64,000 nucleotides of DNA from Candidatus Magasanikiibacteriota bacterium (GCA_016207245.1 JACQQA010000005.1:64068-128067); one strand, 5' to 3'. Counted from the stretch's first letter, positions 42,968 to 52,966 are shown. The notes: generated by a model not told the origin, from the letters alone. Numbers and translations are program-made.

Positions 42968-43034
42968 ATTTCTAGTTTCCGGCAAATTTCAAAGTCTCCC
43001 AATTAGGGAGATTTTGTGTTAAACTATTCTTGGT

Positions 43035-45239
43035 ATGAATTTGTTGACGCCGGTATCACAACTTAATCGCGTGGGCAAGACGCTGGAGAAAAGATTGCGT
43101 AATCTTGGCATTGAGACAATAAAAGATTTATTGTTTCATTTCCCTTTTCGCTACGAGGATTACAGCCAAGTCGTTCCGATTAAAGATCTGCGCGAGGGAA
43201 CGCAGGTAAGCGTGCGCGGAAAAGTTGAACTGATTGCCAGCAAACGCAGTCCGCGCAAGCGAACGATTATCACCGAGGCGGTGGTGGCGGATGAAACCGG
43301 CCAGTTGCGAGTAGTTTGGTTCGGCCAGCCGTTTATCGCGAAGATTTTAAAAGCGGGGGATACTGTTTATCTTTCCGGGAAAGTTACCAGCGATTTTTTT
43401 GGGGCGCAGATGGTGGGACCGGCGTACGAGTTGGCGAAGACCCCCTCCTCGCCTCCCCCTATAAGGGGGAGGGATTCTAATTCTCCTAATACCACTCACA
43501 CGGCCAGAATTGTGCCGATGTATTCGGTAGCGAGCGGAATTACGAATAAACAACTGCGATTTTTATTAAGCCAAGCGATGGGAGCGGTTGGACAAATTAA
43601 AGAATGGCTACCGGAAGAGCTGCGAGACCGTGCGGATGTGATGGGTTTGGTTGAAGCGATTAAAGCGATTCATTTTCCGGAATCGCCGGATGAATTAAAG
43701 CATTCCGAGCGGAGATTGAAATTTGACGAGCTGTTTATTTTACAACTCCGCGGCGAGCTGATCAGGCAGGCGATTAAAAAATCAATCGCGCCGAAAATTG
43801 AATTTAAAGAAAAAGAAACAAAAAAATTCGTTGATTCTTTGCCGTTTAAATTAACCAAGAAGCAAAAAATTGCGGCTTGGGAAATTTTGCGCGACTTGGA
43901 AAAAACCGAGCCGATGAATCGTTTGCTGGAAGGCGATGTCGGTTCAGGCAAGACGGTCGTCGCGGCGATGGCGATGTATAACGCGGCGCTGAACGGATTT
44001 CAAACCGCGCTGATGTGTCCGACGGAGATACTTGCGTTTCAGCACTATGAGACTTTGTTGGAAGTGTTGTGCGATAAAGTTAGTGTCGGATTGTTTACCA
44101 GAAGCCAACGAATGATAAAGGAGATAGATAGAGATAGGGAGATAAAAAGCAAAATTAAATTGCAAAATAAAATAAAGGAGGGGGGAGTTGGCATTATTGT
44201 CGGGACGCAGACACTGTTGGCTGAAAATGTGGAGTTTAAAAATTTAGGGTTGGTGATTGTGGATGAACAGCACAGGTTTGGGGTGGAGCAGAGGAAGGTG
44301 TTAAGAGAGAAGCTGGCGAGAGACCTCACCCCTGCCTTCGGGCAGACCCTCTCCTACAAGGAGAGGGTAATAACCACACCGCACTTTTTGAGCATGACGG
44401 CGACGCCGATTCCGCGGTCGTTCGCGTTGACGGTGTTTGGCGATTTGGACTTATCAATCATTGACGAGATGCCGCCGGGACGGAAGTCGGTTAAAACTCG
44501 GTTAGTGGAACCGCGGCATCGGGAGAAAGCGTATCAGTTTATTAGAGAACAAGTGAAGCAGGGGAGACAGGCGTTCGTTGTTTGTCCGTTGATTCAAAAT
44601 AACGAAAACGACAAGACACAAGATACAAATAAATTACAAATTATAAATTACAAATTTCAAAATGACGAGAGAAAGACGGTGATGGCGGAATATGAGAAAT
44701 TAAAAAGTAAAGTTTTTCCGGATTTAGAGATTGGGTATTTACATGGCAAGATGAAATCAGCGGAGAAGAATTTGACAATGGAACAATTTAATAATGGGGT
44801 AATCAATATTTTAGTCTCAACTTCGGTTATTGAAGTTGGCGTGAATGTGCCTAATGCCAGCGTGATGATGATTGAGGGCGCGGAAAGATTCGGTTTGGCG
44901 CAACTGCATCAGTTCCGCGGACGGGTCTGCCGGAGCACGCACCAATCATATTGTTTTTTATTCACGGATAGCGTTTCGCCGAAAGTCGCGGAACGGCTGA
45001 AATTTTTTGAGCAGAATACCAGCGGATTTAAAGTCGCGGAGTATGATTTGGAAAACCGCGGCCCCGGCGAAGTTTACGGCACGGCGCAAAGCGGAATGGA
45101 AAATTTTCGGCTGGCGACCATGAAAGACGGACAACTGATAAAGCTGGCGCGAGATTTGGCGCGCGGAATTGATTGGCAAAAATATCCAATGTTGAAAAAC
45201 AAGGTGGAGGAGTGGGGAGATAGAGTGCATTTGGAATAA
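43035..45239 (+). CDS. recG: ATP-dependent DNA helicase RecG
   Basis: Helicase motifs GDVGSGKT, VDEQHRFGV, MTATPIPRS and QLHQFRGRVCRS, with an N-terminal wedge/OB region. Carries three in-frame repeat-like insertions. Confidence 0.95.
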   Translation: MNLLTPVSQLNRVGKTLEKRLRNLGIETIKDLLFHFPFRYEDYSQVVPIKDLREGTQVSVRGKVELIASKRSPRKRTIITEAVVADETGQLRVVWFGQPFIAKILKAGDTVYLSGKVTSDFFGAQMVGPAYELAKTPSSPPPIRGRDSNSPNTTHTARIVPMYSVASGITNKQLRFLLSQAMGAVGQIKEWLPEELRDRADVMGLVEAIKAIHFPESPDELKHSERRLKFDELFILQLRGELIRQAIKKSIAPKIEFKEKETKKFVDSLPFKLTKKQKIAAWEILRDLEKTEPMNRLLEGDVGSGKTVVAAMAMYNAALNGFQTALMCPTEILAFQHYETLLEVLCDKVSVGLFTRSQRMIKEIDRDREIKSKIKLQNKIKEGGVGIIVGTQTLLAENVEFKNLGLVIVDEQHRFGVEQRKVLREKLARDLTPAFGQTLSYKERVITTPHFLSMTATPIPRSFALTVFGDLDLSIIDEMPPGRKSVKTRLVEPRHREKAYQFIREQVKQGRQAFVVCPLIQNNENDKTQDTNKLQIINYKFQNDERKTVMAEYEKLKSKVFPDLEIGYLHGKMKSAEKNLTMEQFNNGVINILVSTSVIEVGVNVPNASVMMIEGAERFGLAQLHQFRGRVCRSTHQSYCFLFTDSVSPKVAERLKFFEQNTSGFKVAEYDLENRGPGEVYGTAQSGMENFRLATMKDGQLIKLARDLARGIDWQKYPMLKNKVEEWGDRVHLE

Positions 45240-45247
45240 TTTATAAA

Positions 45248-45373
45248 GTCATTGCGAGCCTTCGCAGGCGCCTGCCTGACGGCAGGCAGGAAGCAGTCCA
45301 CACCGTTATCGCGCTCCCATGCGATTGCTGGATTGCTTCGTCCCTCGCCATGGCGGGGTCCTCGCAATGACAG
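45248..45373. repeat. Palindromic (MITE/REP-like) element, copy E2
   Basis: Outer arms GTCATTGCGAG / CTCGCAATGACAG. Shares GGATTGCTTCGTC and the GCCTGCCTG..GGCAGGCAGG hairpin with E1 (25822-25946), and contains a CCTCGCCATGGCGGGG hairpin. Confidence 0.85.
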
Positions 45374-45378
45374 ACAAT

Positions 45379-47901
45379 CTAACTTCCGTTCTGCCGGTTA
45401 GCTTCCATTTTGTAATAGGCCAATTTAATCATTTCCGTGATGATAAAATAACCGGCCACGACAGAAAATATGATTATTAAATTAGCGGAAGTCGGTTTGG
45501 CGAAGTGAAATATTACGCCGCCAAAATCGGTGAATGGTATTAACACAGTCGCGAGTATGGCCAGAATTGACAAGGAGCCAAGCGCCAGAGACGGCGCTTT
45601 TGTTTTAAGAAAGAAAAACCGCGTGCGGATTGAATAGATCAGCGCGATCTCGGTCAATACACTGCCGATGAACCATGATGTTTGCAGAACCGCCGGATCG
45701 CGGCGGAAAAATAAGGCGAAGAAAATAAAATCAAACACCGTGCTCACCAGTCCCAAGAAAATCGCGATCATTATCACCTCGCGCACATTGTAAGCGCGCG
45801 GGCGGCGCAGTTCAGCTTTGTCCACGGAATCCAGCGCTATCGCGATCATGGGGAAATCGGAGAGTAAATTGAGCAGTAAAATTTGCACAGGCAGCATTGG
45901 CAGAAAGTTTATCATCAGCGAGGCGATCGCGATGGCGTAAAAATTGCCAAAATTTGATATCAAAGTTATTTTAAGATACTTGACGGTATTGGCGAATACG
46001 GATCGGCCGTCGCGGATGCCGCCGATAATAGTTGACAGGCTGGGATTCAAAAGCACAATATCCGCGGCTTCGCGGGCGATGTCAGCCGCGCTGTTTACCA
46101 CCAATCCCACATTAGCCATTTTTAAAGCCGGGGCGTCATTTATTCCTTCGCCTAAAAATCCGACTTCATATTTATTTTGCAGTAACTCAATGACGCGGTA
46201 TTTTTGTTCCGGAGAAACTCGCGCGAAAACATTATATTTTTGCGCGGCCAAATGCTGTTCCTCTTCGCTTAAGGCCATCAGCTCTTCGCCGGTAATTACC
46301 TCTGATTCCGATTTAACAATATTAACTTCCTTGGCCACGGCTCCGGCCACTTCTCGGCTGTCGCCGGTTAAAATTTTAATCTGCACGCCCAGATGCTCCG
46401 CGTGAGCGATGGCTGATTTAGCCGTTGATTTAATCGGATCAACAAAAGAAATCAAACCGATCAGTTCAAGATTTTTTTCTTCGGCTTCAGTATAGTTTTC
46501 CAACGCCGGATATTCTCGCGCGGCGATCGCAATGACCCTGCGCCCCAGTTTGCCTTCCCCAATCATCCATTTTTGCAACGTGGCTTTGTCAGTGATGTTT
46601 TTGCTTAAATGCAAAATTATTTCTGCCGCGCCGCGCACAATCATTTTTCCGCCGTTGTCGGTTTTTACTAAAACACTATTGCGCCGGCGTTCAGGATCAA
46701 AAGGAATTTCCGTCAGCCGTTTAATTTGTTTTACTTTTACTTTTTCTTTTTTATCCAGTTTATCCCATAAAGCCAAATCAAAAGCGTTATTCGGTTCCGG
46801 CTTGCCTTCGCCCAAAAATGACGCGGCGGCCGCGGCGTAAAACAAGCAATCGGCCGGATTGTCTGATTTAATTCCCGCGATCGTTAATTTGTTTTCCGTG
46901 ATGGTGCCGGTTTTGTCAGCGCATAAAATTTCCACGCTGCCTAAATCTTCAACCGCGGAAAGCCGTTTGACCACAACATGCTGGCGCGCCATTTGCAAAG
47001 CTCCGCGGGAAAGCGACAGTGTTGTTACCAGTGGCAATGCCTCGGGTATCACGCTCACGGCCAGAGCGATTGAAAATAATAATAATTCAGCGATATCTGC
47101 GTCGCGACCTTTTATCAGAATGTTCGCGGTGAACAGCAACAGCAAAATTATCAGAATCATACGCAGGATGAATTTGCTGAATTTCGCGATGCCTTTTTCA
47201 AAACCGCTTTCTCGTTTTGTTTCCACAGTCAGTTTTGCCACATCGCCCATTACTGTGCCGCGTCCGATATTTATAACAATCCCGATACCCCGGCCGGTAA
47301 CAACCCGCGCGCCGGAAAATCCTAAATTTAGAGCTTCATGGATTTCGTTTTGTTTAGATGCCAGTTTATTCGCGATTTTTGCCACTGGCGCGGATTCGCC
47401 GGTTAAAATTGATTCATCAACAGTCAAATCATTGGTTTCCAAAAAACGCAAGTCAGCCGGGATAATATCGCCGGTTTCCACCAGCGCGATATCTCCCGGA
47501 ACCAGTTCTCTGCTGTCAATCAATTTTTCTTTTCCTTCGCGCTTTACGCGCGCGCGAAACACGACAAATTGTTTCAGCAGAATAAGAGCGCGTTCAGAAT
47601 GGAATTCTTGAGCAAAACCAAGAGTCGTGTTAATCAAAATAAACGCGACAATTAACAATCCGTCAATCATCTCGCTCATAAAAATCGCCAAGGCCGCGGC
47701 AAAGAGCAGAATATAAATGAAGGGCGAAATAAATTGGCGCAAGAAAATCTGCCACCATTTTACTTCGCGCGCGCCGAGCTGGTTCAGGCCGTATTGCTTC
47801 CGCCGTTTTAGCGCTTCTTCATCGGATAATCCGTTTTTATCGGTTTTTAGCGCCGAAAAAACATCGGCAATGTTTTTAGTCGTGTATTGGAGGGTATACA
47901 T
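45379..47901 (-). CDS. Cation-transporting P-type ATPase (P2/P3-like, Mg2+/Ca2+-type)
   Basis: Phosphorylation motif ICADKTGTITENK, TGES, TGDSREVA and hinge GEGINDAPALKMANVGL. About 10 TM helices. Confidence 0.9.
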   Translation of the reverse strand: MYTLQYTTKNIADVFSALKTDKNGLSDEEALKRRKQYGLNQLGAREVKWWQIFLRQFISPFIYILLFAAALAIFMSEMIDGLLIVAFILINTTLGFAQEFHSERALILLKQFVVFRARVKREGKEKLIDSRELVPGDIALVETGDIIPADLRFLETNDLTVDESILTGESAPVAKIANKLASKQNEIHEALNLGFSGARVVTGRGIGIVINIGRGTVMGDVAKLTVETKRESGFEKGIAKFSKFILRMILIILLLLFTANILIKGRDADIAELLLFSIALAVSVIPEALPLVTTLSLSRGALQMARQHVVVKRLSAVEDLGSVEILCADKTGTITENKLTIAGIKSDNPADCLFYAAAAASFLGEGKPEPNNAFDLALWDKLDKKEKVKVKQIKRLTEIPFDPERRRNSVLVKTDNGGKMIVRGAAEIILHLSKNITDKATLQKWMIGEGKLGRRVIAIAAREYPALENYTEAEEKNLELIGLISFVDPIKSTAKSAIAHAEHLGVQIKILTGDSREVAGAVAKEVNIVKSESEVITGEELMALSEEEQHLAAQKYNVFARVSPEQKYRVIELLQNKYEVGFLGEGINDAPALKMANVGLVVNSAADIAREAADIVLLNPSLSTIIGGIRDGRSVFANTVKYLKITLISNFGNFYAIAIASLMINFLPMLPVQILLLNLLSDFPMIAIALDSVDKAELRRPRAYNVREVIMIAIFLGLVSTVFDFIFFALFFRRDPAVLQTSWFIGSVLTEIALIYSIRTRFFFLKTKAPSLALGSLSILAILATVLIPFTDFGGVIFHFAKPTSANLIIIFSVVAGYFIITEMIKLAYYKMEANRQNGS

Positions 47902-47959
47902 ATTGTCTGTTTACTTGCCTATTGTATCACTATCATACAAAGTTAAAAAGGCGAGGGTA

Positions 47960-47988
47960 TTGACAGCCGGCTGTCTGTAGAATATAAT
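47960..47988 (+). promoter_or_regulatory. Perfect-consensus sigma70 promoter
   Basis: TTGACA (47960-47965), exactly 17 nt, TATAAT (47983-47988). Confidence 0.75.
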
Positions 47989-48092
47989 GTCGCTTGTCAT
48001 ACCAGCTAAAAAAATCCGGCGGGCGCCGGATCTTCGTCCCGTCATGGCGGGACGGAAGCTGGTTACGATCAGAGAAAAAGGAGAAAGATCTG

Positions 48093-48302
48093 ATGCTGAA
48101 ACGTCTGGAAACAACGATCACAATCGAGGGTAGGGGGTACTGGGTGGATCCAAAACGTGTGCGTCCGCCCAATAAGAGGGGCGGTGAACAACGAGTGGAG
48201 TGCTTCGCTAGACCGTTCGCCATCGGCGCTCCGGACAGGCTGGTGCCAATCAGCGCTGTGCCGTCCTACCTGTTCGACGCTTCGCAGGGGGTGGCAATCT
48301 AA
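48093..48302 (+). CDS. Small GC-rich ORF A (69 aa), unknown function
   Basis: AGGAG (48079-48083) lies 9 nt before the ATG at 48093. The stop overlaps the next start (TAATG). No similarity recognised. Confidence 0.5.
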   Translation: MLKRLETTITIEGRGYWVDPKRVRPPNKRGGEQRVECFARPFAIGAPDRLVPISAVPSYLFDASQGVAI

Positions 48303-48514
48303 TGGGGTCAGTTCACACGTTTCCGGTTCCCCAGCGGCTTCTTGACGGGCGAAAGGCCCACGGAATGACCATTTCAGGCGGGAGAGTAGTGGTGGAGGTT
48401 AGCTCCAGCACTGGCACTCTCTACATTCCGCTCGCTGGGATTCAGCCCGTGGCAGACAGCGCGCAACGCCTGCTGTTCTCCGAGGTCGCAACCCGCCTCC
48501 GCAACCCCCAGTAA
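48302..48514 (+). CDS. Small GC-rich ORF B (70 aa), unknown function
   Basis: Translationally coupled to ORF A and followed by a strong terminator. No similarity recognised. Confidence 0.5.
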   Translation: MGSVHTFPVPQRLLDGRKAHGMTISGGRVVVEVSSSTGTLYIPLAGIQPVADSAQRLLFSEVATRLRNPQ

Positions 48515-48541
48515 TTCTTTCTCTTTTTCTTGATTTTTCCA

Positions 48542-48574
48542 CGCGGCGCTCCGATATAACATCGGAGCGCCGCG
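48542..48574 (+). terminator. Strong GC-rich hairpin terminator
   Basis: GCGGCGCTCCGAT-ataac-ATCGGAGCGCCGC forms a perfect 13-bp stem. A T-rich tract follows, and a second small hairpin-plus-T7 lies at about 48596-48620. Confidence 0.7.
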
Positions 48575-48696
48575 ATCCCCATTCTTTATTTTTCAACAGC
48601 TTATGGCTGTTTTTTTGTATTTGGTGTATAATATAAAGGCTGGAAAGGCTTAAAATGCCTGAAAGGCAAGAAAATTAATTGTTTAATTAAAATTTT

Positions 48697-51600
48697 ATGT
48701 TAGGAAAAAACATAGCAAAAGTATTTTTTTTATTAATTATCGCGATTGGATTTTTTTGGGCGCAGTCAAGTTACGCGGCCGGATGGGTGGCGCAAAGCTC
48801 CGGTGTTAATGTTAATTTGCGCGATATTGATATGGTTGATCAAAACACCGGCTTCGCGGTTGGAGATGGCGGAACGATTTTAAAAACAACTAACGGTGGA
48901 AAAAATTGGAGCACTGTCTATACTAGTGTTGGCGATAGCTTTTATGGTATTGATATGTATAGCACCTCAATTGGATGGGTAGTTGGCATGAGTGGCAAAA
49001 TTTTATATACCGCAAATGGCGGAACCAGTTGGACAGCGCAAACTTCGGGTATTCCCAATCTTTTGCAAGATGTCAGCGCGAAAAATGGAGTAGAAGTAGT
49101 CGCGGTCGGCGCGGGCGGCATAGTCTTGAGAACGATTAACGGCGGTGCCACCTGGACAATGTTGCAAGCAGATTTGGCAGCGGTTCTTTATGGCGTTGAG
49201 TTTAGTTCGTGCGGGACATCAAGATGTATTTGGACAGTTGGCACAAATGGTACGATTGTTTATACAAGCTATGCCAATGCCGGCGATACTCCAAACTGGA
49301 CAGCGCAGACTTCCGGCACGACCGCGACGCTTTATGATATTAAAAAATTTCCCGGCACTTTTAATTTGCGAATAGCTGGTAGCGGTGTGGTGTTATATAC
49401 ATCCAGTTCCGGCAGTAATTGGTCGGCGATTCAAGACGGTGAGATGACCCAAAATTTTTCAGGATTGGATATTTTTAGCGGGGGTATTTACACCGTAGAT
49501 TCTTCTGGAATTATTTATCGCGGCACTCAAGCTGCCGGCAACTGGACTTGGGCAACGGAAAATTCCGGCACTTCGCAGGGATTAAATAGCGTGGCAGTGC
49601 AATCCAGCCCAGTATTGACCGCGTGGGCAGTCGGCGGTTCAGGCGCGATTGTCCGTTATGATGAAACCGCGCCGACAGCTCCGAGCAATCTAACAAAAAC
49701 AACAGCCGACACCGACAACACCCCGACTTTTTCTTGGACAGCGTCAAGCGATGATGTCAATGGAACAATCGGCAGCGGCGGGATTACATATCAATATGCT
49801 TTGAACGGTTCCGCGACTTATGCTATCGCTGGATCTAACACTTCGGTCACAGTTATTATTCCTTCTCTTTCTAATGGGTCGCACACAATATCTGTTCGCG
49901 CTGTTGACGCGGCATATAATTATAGTGAATTGGCGACATTAAGTTTTACCATCAACGCGCCGGATACGACATCGCCGGGTGTCGGTGGAGTAACACCGAC
50001 CAGCGCCACGGTGGGAGTGGCGCAGACGTATTCAGCGAATTATTCTGATAATATTGGAGTTTCCAGTTGTCAATTGGTTTATGACGATTTGGGTTTTGTG
50101 CCAATGACAGTGACTGGAGGAACTAATGGTACAGCGACAAAATCATACTTTTTTTCTTCTGTCGGTTCTCACACTCTTCAAGCAAAATGTTATGACGCGG
50201 CAGGAAACACAGGGCTTGGGCCCGTAATCCCAATTACGGTATCGGCTGTTCCGGATACGACTCCGCCAACTGTCAGCGCGATTTCACCGGCTACCGCAAC
50301 AGCTAATAGCTCCCAATCTTTTACAGCGTCTTATTACGATAATATCGGGGTTACTAGTTGTGAATTATATGTAAACGATATTTCTCAAGGCAATATGTCT
50401 TTGGTCGGCACTACTTCCGGTACAGCAACAAAATCACTTACTTTGTTTGTTATTGATTCTTATGTATTAAAAGCAAAATGCAGTGATGGCACAAACACAA
50501 CTTGGGGCGCGGCTACTACTGTAACAGTTGGCGCCGCGGCCGGGCCGGATACTACTTCGCCAACCGGCTCAATTATGATTAACAGCGGCGCGGCTTATAC
50601 TAACAACAGTTCAGTAACATTAACTTTGTCTTGTAGTGATAATGTCGCTTGCGCTCGCATGATTGTAGCGATTGACGGCACGGTTGACACCGAATCGCTG
50701 GAAGGTTACGTGGCCAGCAAGACAGTTACTTTATCCGGCGGCGACGGTACTAAGACTGTGGCTGTGAAATTTAAAGATGGCGCCAACAATACCAGCGCGC
50801 AATATACTGATACGATTATTTTAGACACAACCGCCCAAGACACATCAATTATTGAAAAACCCGCCTCTCCATCCACAGTCGGACTTGGATATTTTTCTTT
50901 CGGATTTAGCGGTTCTTCAATCACGCCGGTAACTTATGAATGTAGATTAGATACAAGCGTGTTTTCTGCTTGTTCCATTCCAAAAATATACGAAGGTCTT
51001 TCAGCTGGCAGTCATACTTTTTATGTACGCGCGATTGACGCCGCCGGCAATGTTGACGCTACTCCTGATTCATATACTTGGACGATAACTAGCGCAACGC
51101 CGGCAGATACCACTTCGCCAATAGTTGGAGCAATCACTCCAATAACCGCGCAGGCCACAGTTTCACAGTCTTTCACCGCGTCTTATTCTGACGCTGTCGG
51201 CGTGGCTTCTTGTAACCTTTACGTTGACAGTTCAAATCAAGGCGCGATGACTTTGTCAGGAACTAAGACAGGCACTGCCAGCCGCGAATACACATTTGCC
51301 AATACTGCCAGCCACACTTTGCAGGCGCGCTGTTCTGATGAAGCCGGTAATACCGGATTGGGGGGATTAACCACAGTATCAGTGAGCGCCGCGCCGGTGA
51401 ATGTGGTTGACACCGCCGCGCCGACTGCGCCGTCTAACCTGAAAAAAACCAATGATGAGACGGATAAAACTCCGACTTTCACCTGGGACGGTTCTTCCGA
51501 CAACACGGGCGTAACCAGTTATTGGGTGCAGGTTGATGATAGCGCTTTAATCAACAACGGCGGTTCTTTGACTTATACTCCATCAGAATTGAGCGTTGGT

Positions 51601-52323
51601 TCGCATACGATTAAAATTTATGCCAAAGACGCGGCGGGCAATATCGGCGCTACAGCAAGTTTTATTTTTTCAGTGAAAGCTTCGTCAACGACGCCAACGC
51701 CGATATCGTGTTCGTTAACCATCAACGGCGCTTATAAATTGAGCAGTTCGCCGGCGGTCTATTATATTACCGATGAATGCGCGAAGCGGCCATTCAATAA
51801 AGCCAATGTATTTTTTACCTATTTCAATTCATGGTCTGACGTGGTCGCGACAACTAAAATAAAGTTAGATAAAATTCCATTAGATACTCTCGGATTCATG
51901 CCCTGGGGGCCGAAGTATGATCCGAAGTACGGCGCGCTGGTGAAAATCGTGAGCGACCCGAAAGTTTATCTGTTGCTCGGCGGAGAAAAATATTGGATAA
52001 CCGCCGAAGAAATATTTAACGGGCTCAAATATTCATGGAATTGGGTTGAGGATATTGATAAAAAATTACTGGATAAATATATCACCGGTTCGGAAATAAA
52101 TTACACGGACCATCATCCGAATTACACCCTGATTAAATACGCGGCTTCAACAAAAATTTATCGCTTGGAGCCGGATCCGACCGACTCCGGCAAGCAGGTC
52201 AAGAGGCATATTAAAAATGAAAAAGTCTTCAATGCGCTTAATTTCCGCTGGGACAGAATTGTGACGATTTCAAAGTCGGAGGCGTACAAAGATGGGGAAG
52301 AACTAAGTGAGAAAGATATATAG
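48697..52323 (+). CDS. Secreted BNR/Ycf48-like beta-propeller protein with tandem Ig-like and FN3-like modules
   Basis: Signal peptide ..FFWAQSSYAAG. Repeated BNR-type motifs (TTNGGKNWS, TANGGTSWT, TINGGATWT). Three ~95-aa repeats start at DTT(S/P)P (about 49963, 50254 and 51106). Two APTAPSNL..TPTF(S/T)W modules are present. Confidence 0.8.
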   Translation: MLGKNIAKVFFLLIIAIGFFWAQSSYAAGWVAQSSGVNVNLRDIDMVDQNTGFAVGDGGTILKTTNGGKNWSTVYTSVGDSFYGIDMYSTSIGWVVGMSGKILYTANGGTSWTAQTSGIPNLLQDVSAKNGVEVVAVGAGGIVLRTINGGATWTMLQADLAAVLYGVEFSSCGTSRCIWTVGTNGTIVYTSYANAGDTPNWTAQTSGTTATLYDIKKFPGTFNLRIAGSGVVLYTSSSGSNWSAIQDGEMTQNFSGLDIFSGGIYTVDSSGIIYRGTQAAGNWTWATENSGTSQGLNSVAVQSSPVLTAWAVGGSGAIVRYDETAPTAPSNLTKTTADTDNTPTFSWTASSDDVNGTIGSGGITYQYALNGSATYAIAGSNTSVTVIIPSLSNGSHTISVRAVDAAYNYSELATLSFTINAPDTTSPGVGGVTPTSATVGVAQTYSANYSDNIGVSSCQLVYDDLGFVPMTVTGGTNGTATKSYFFSSVGSHTLQAKCYDAAGNTGLGPVIPITVSAVPDTTPPTVSAISPATATANSSQSFTASYYDNIGVTSCELYVNDISQGNMSLVGTTSGTATKSLTLFVIDSYVLKAKCSDGTNTTWGAATTVTVGAAAGPDTTSPTGSIMINSGAAYTNNSSVTLTLSCSDNVACARMIVAIDGTVDTESLEGYVASKTVTLSGGDGTKTVAVKFKDGANNTSAQYTDTIILDTTAQDTSIIEKPASPSTVGLGYFSFGFSGSSITPVTYECRLDTSVFSACSIPKIYEGLSAGSHTFYVRAIDAAGNVDATPDSYTWTITSATPADTTSPIVGAITPITAQATVSQSFTASYSDAVGVASCNLYVDSSNQGAMTLSGTKTGTASREYTFANTASHTLQARCSDEAGNTGLGGLTTVSVSAAPVNVVDTAAPTAPSNLKKTNDETDKTPTFTWDGSSDNTGVTSYWVQVDDSALINNGGSLTYTPSELSVGSHTIKIYAKDAAGNIGATASFIFSVKASSTTPTPISCSLTINGAYKLSSSPAVYYITDECAKRPFNKANVFFTYFNSWSDVVATTKIKLDKIPLDTLGFMPWGPKYDPKYGALVKIVSDPKVYLLLGGEKYWITAEEIFNGLKYSWNWVEDIDKKLLDKYITGSEINYTDHHPNYTLIKYAASTKIYRLEPDPTDSGKQVKRHIKNEKVFNALNFRWDRIVTISKSEAYKDGEELSEKDI

Positions 52324-52334
52324 TTAGATAAATC

Positions 52335-52361
52335 AGGCCGGCGGGCAAAGCCGGCCTTTTT
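52335..52361 (+). terminator. Rho-independent terminator
   Basis: AGGCCGGC-gggcaaa-GCCGGCCT-TTTT. Confidence 0.8.
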
Positions 52362-52442
52362 GGCGGTTTCAGATGCGTTTTAAAAAAAGCCTTGCTTTTT
52401 ATTTTGTTCTATGATAAGATACGTACATCCTAATCAAATACT

Positions 52443-52700
52443 ATGGCAAATGGACAGTCTATTATTCGTCAAAAAACCAAAGAGGCAATAGTAAAAATAC
52501 CGCTGTCAGCTTTCCGTTATCTTTCTCGGTATCCTTTGGAAAAAAAAATTATCGTTGAGATTTCTATTGATGATGTGGCGCGAGTTAATAATGCTGAAAC
52601 ACTGGATGAAATTATTAATGAAGCGCGGCTTGACTACGCTCTTGGCGATTATTCTACGCATAAAACCTCCAAGGGCCTAATTGCCGCTCTGCGCGCGTGA
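52443..52700 (+). CDS. Putative antitoxin of the RelE-type pair
   Basis: 85-aa ORF overlapping the toxin gene by 4 nt (GTGA/ATGA context). Assigned by position only. Confidence 0.5.
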   Translation: MANGQSIIRQKTKEAIVKIPLSAFRYLSRYPLEKKIIVEISIDDVARVNNAETLDEIINEARLDYALGDYSTHKTSKGLIAALRA

Positions 52701-52966
52701 TTATGAAAATTAACTTCTCACCGCGTTTTAAGCGCGCGTATAAGAAGCTCCCTCCGCACATTCAAGATGATTTTGACAAGCAAATAAAAGTATTCATGCG
52801 GGATCCAAACCATCCCTCGCTTAAGACGCACAAACTTAAAGGGCGTCTCCAAGAATGTCTCGCATTTCGGCTACAGAAAGGGTACCGAGTTCTTTTTGAT
52901 TTTTTTTCTTCTGATTCAGTTGATCTTCTTGACGTGGGTTCGCATGATATTTACAAAAAACGATAA
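52697..52966 (+). CDS. relE: RelE/ParE-superfamily toxin (YafQ/RelE-like)
   Basis: FSPRFKRAYKKLPPHIQDDFDKQIKVFMRDPNHPSLKTHKLKGRLQECLAFRLQKGYRVLF is the typical RelE/ParE-family pattern. 89 aa. Confidence 0.8.
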   Translation: MIMKINFSPRFKRAYKKLPPHIQDDFDKQIKVFMRDPNHPSLKTHKLKGRLQECLAFRLQKGYRVLFDFFSSDSVDLLDVGSHDIYKKR

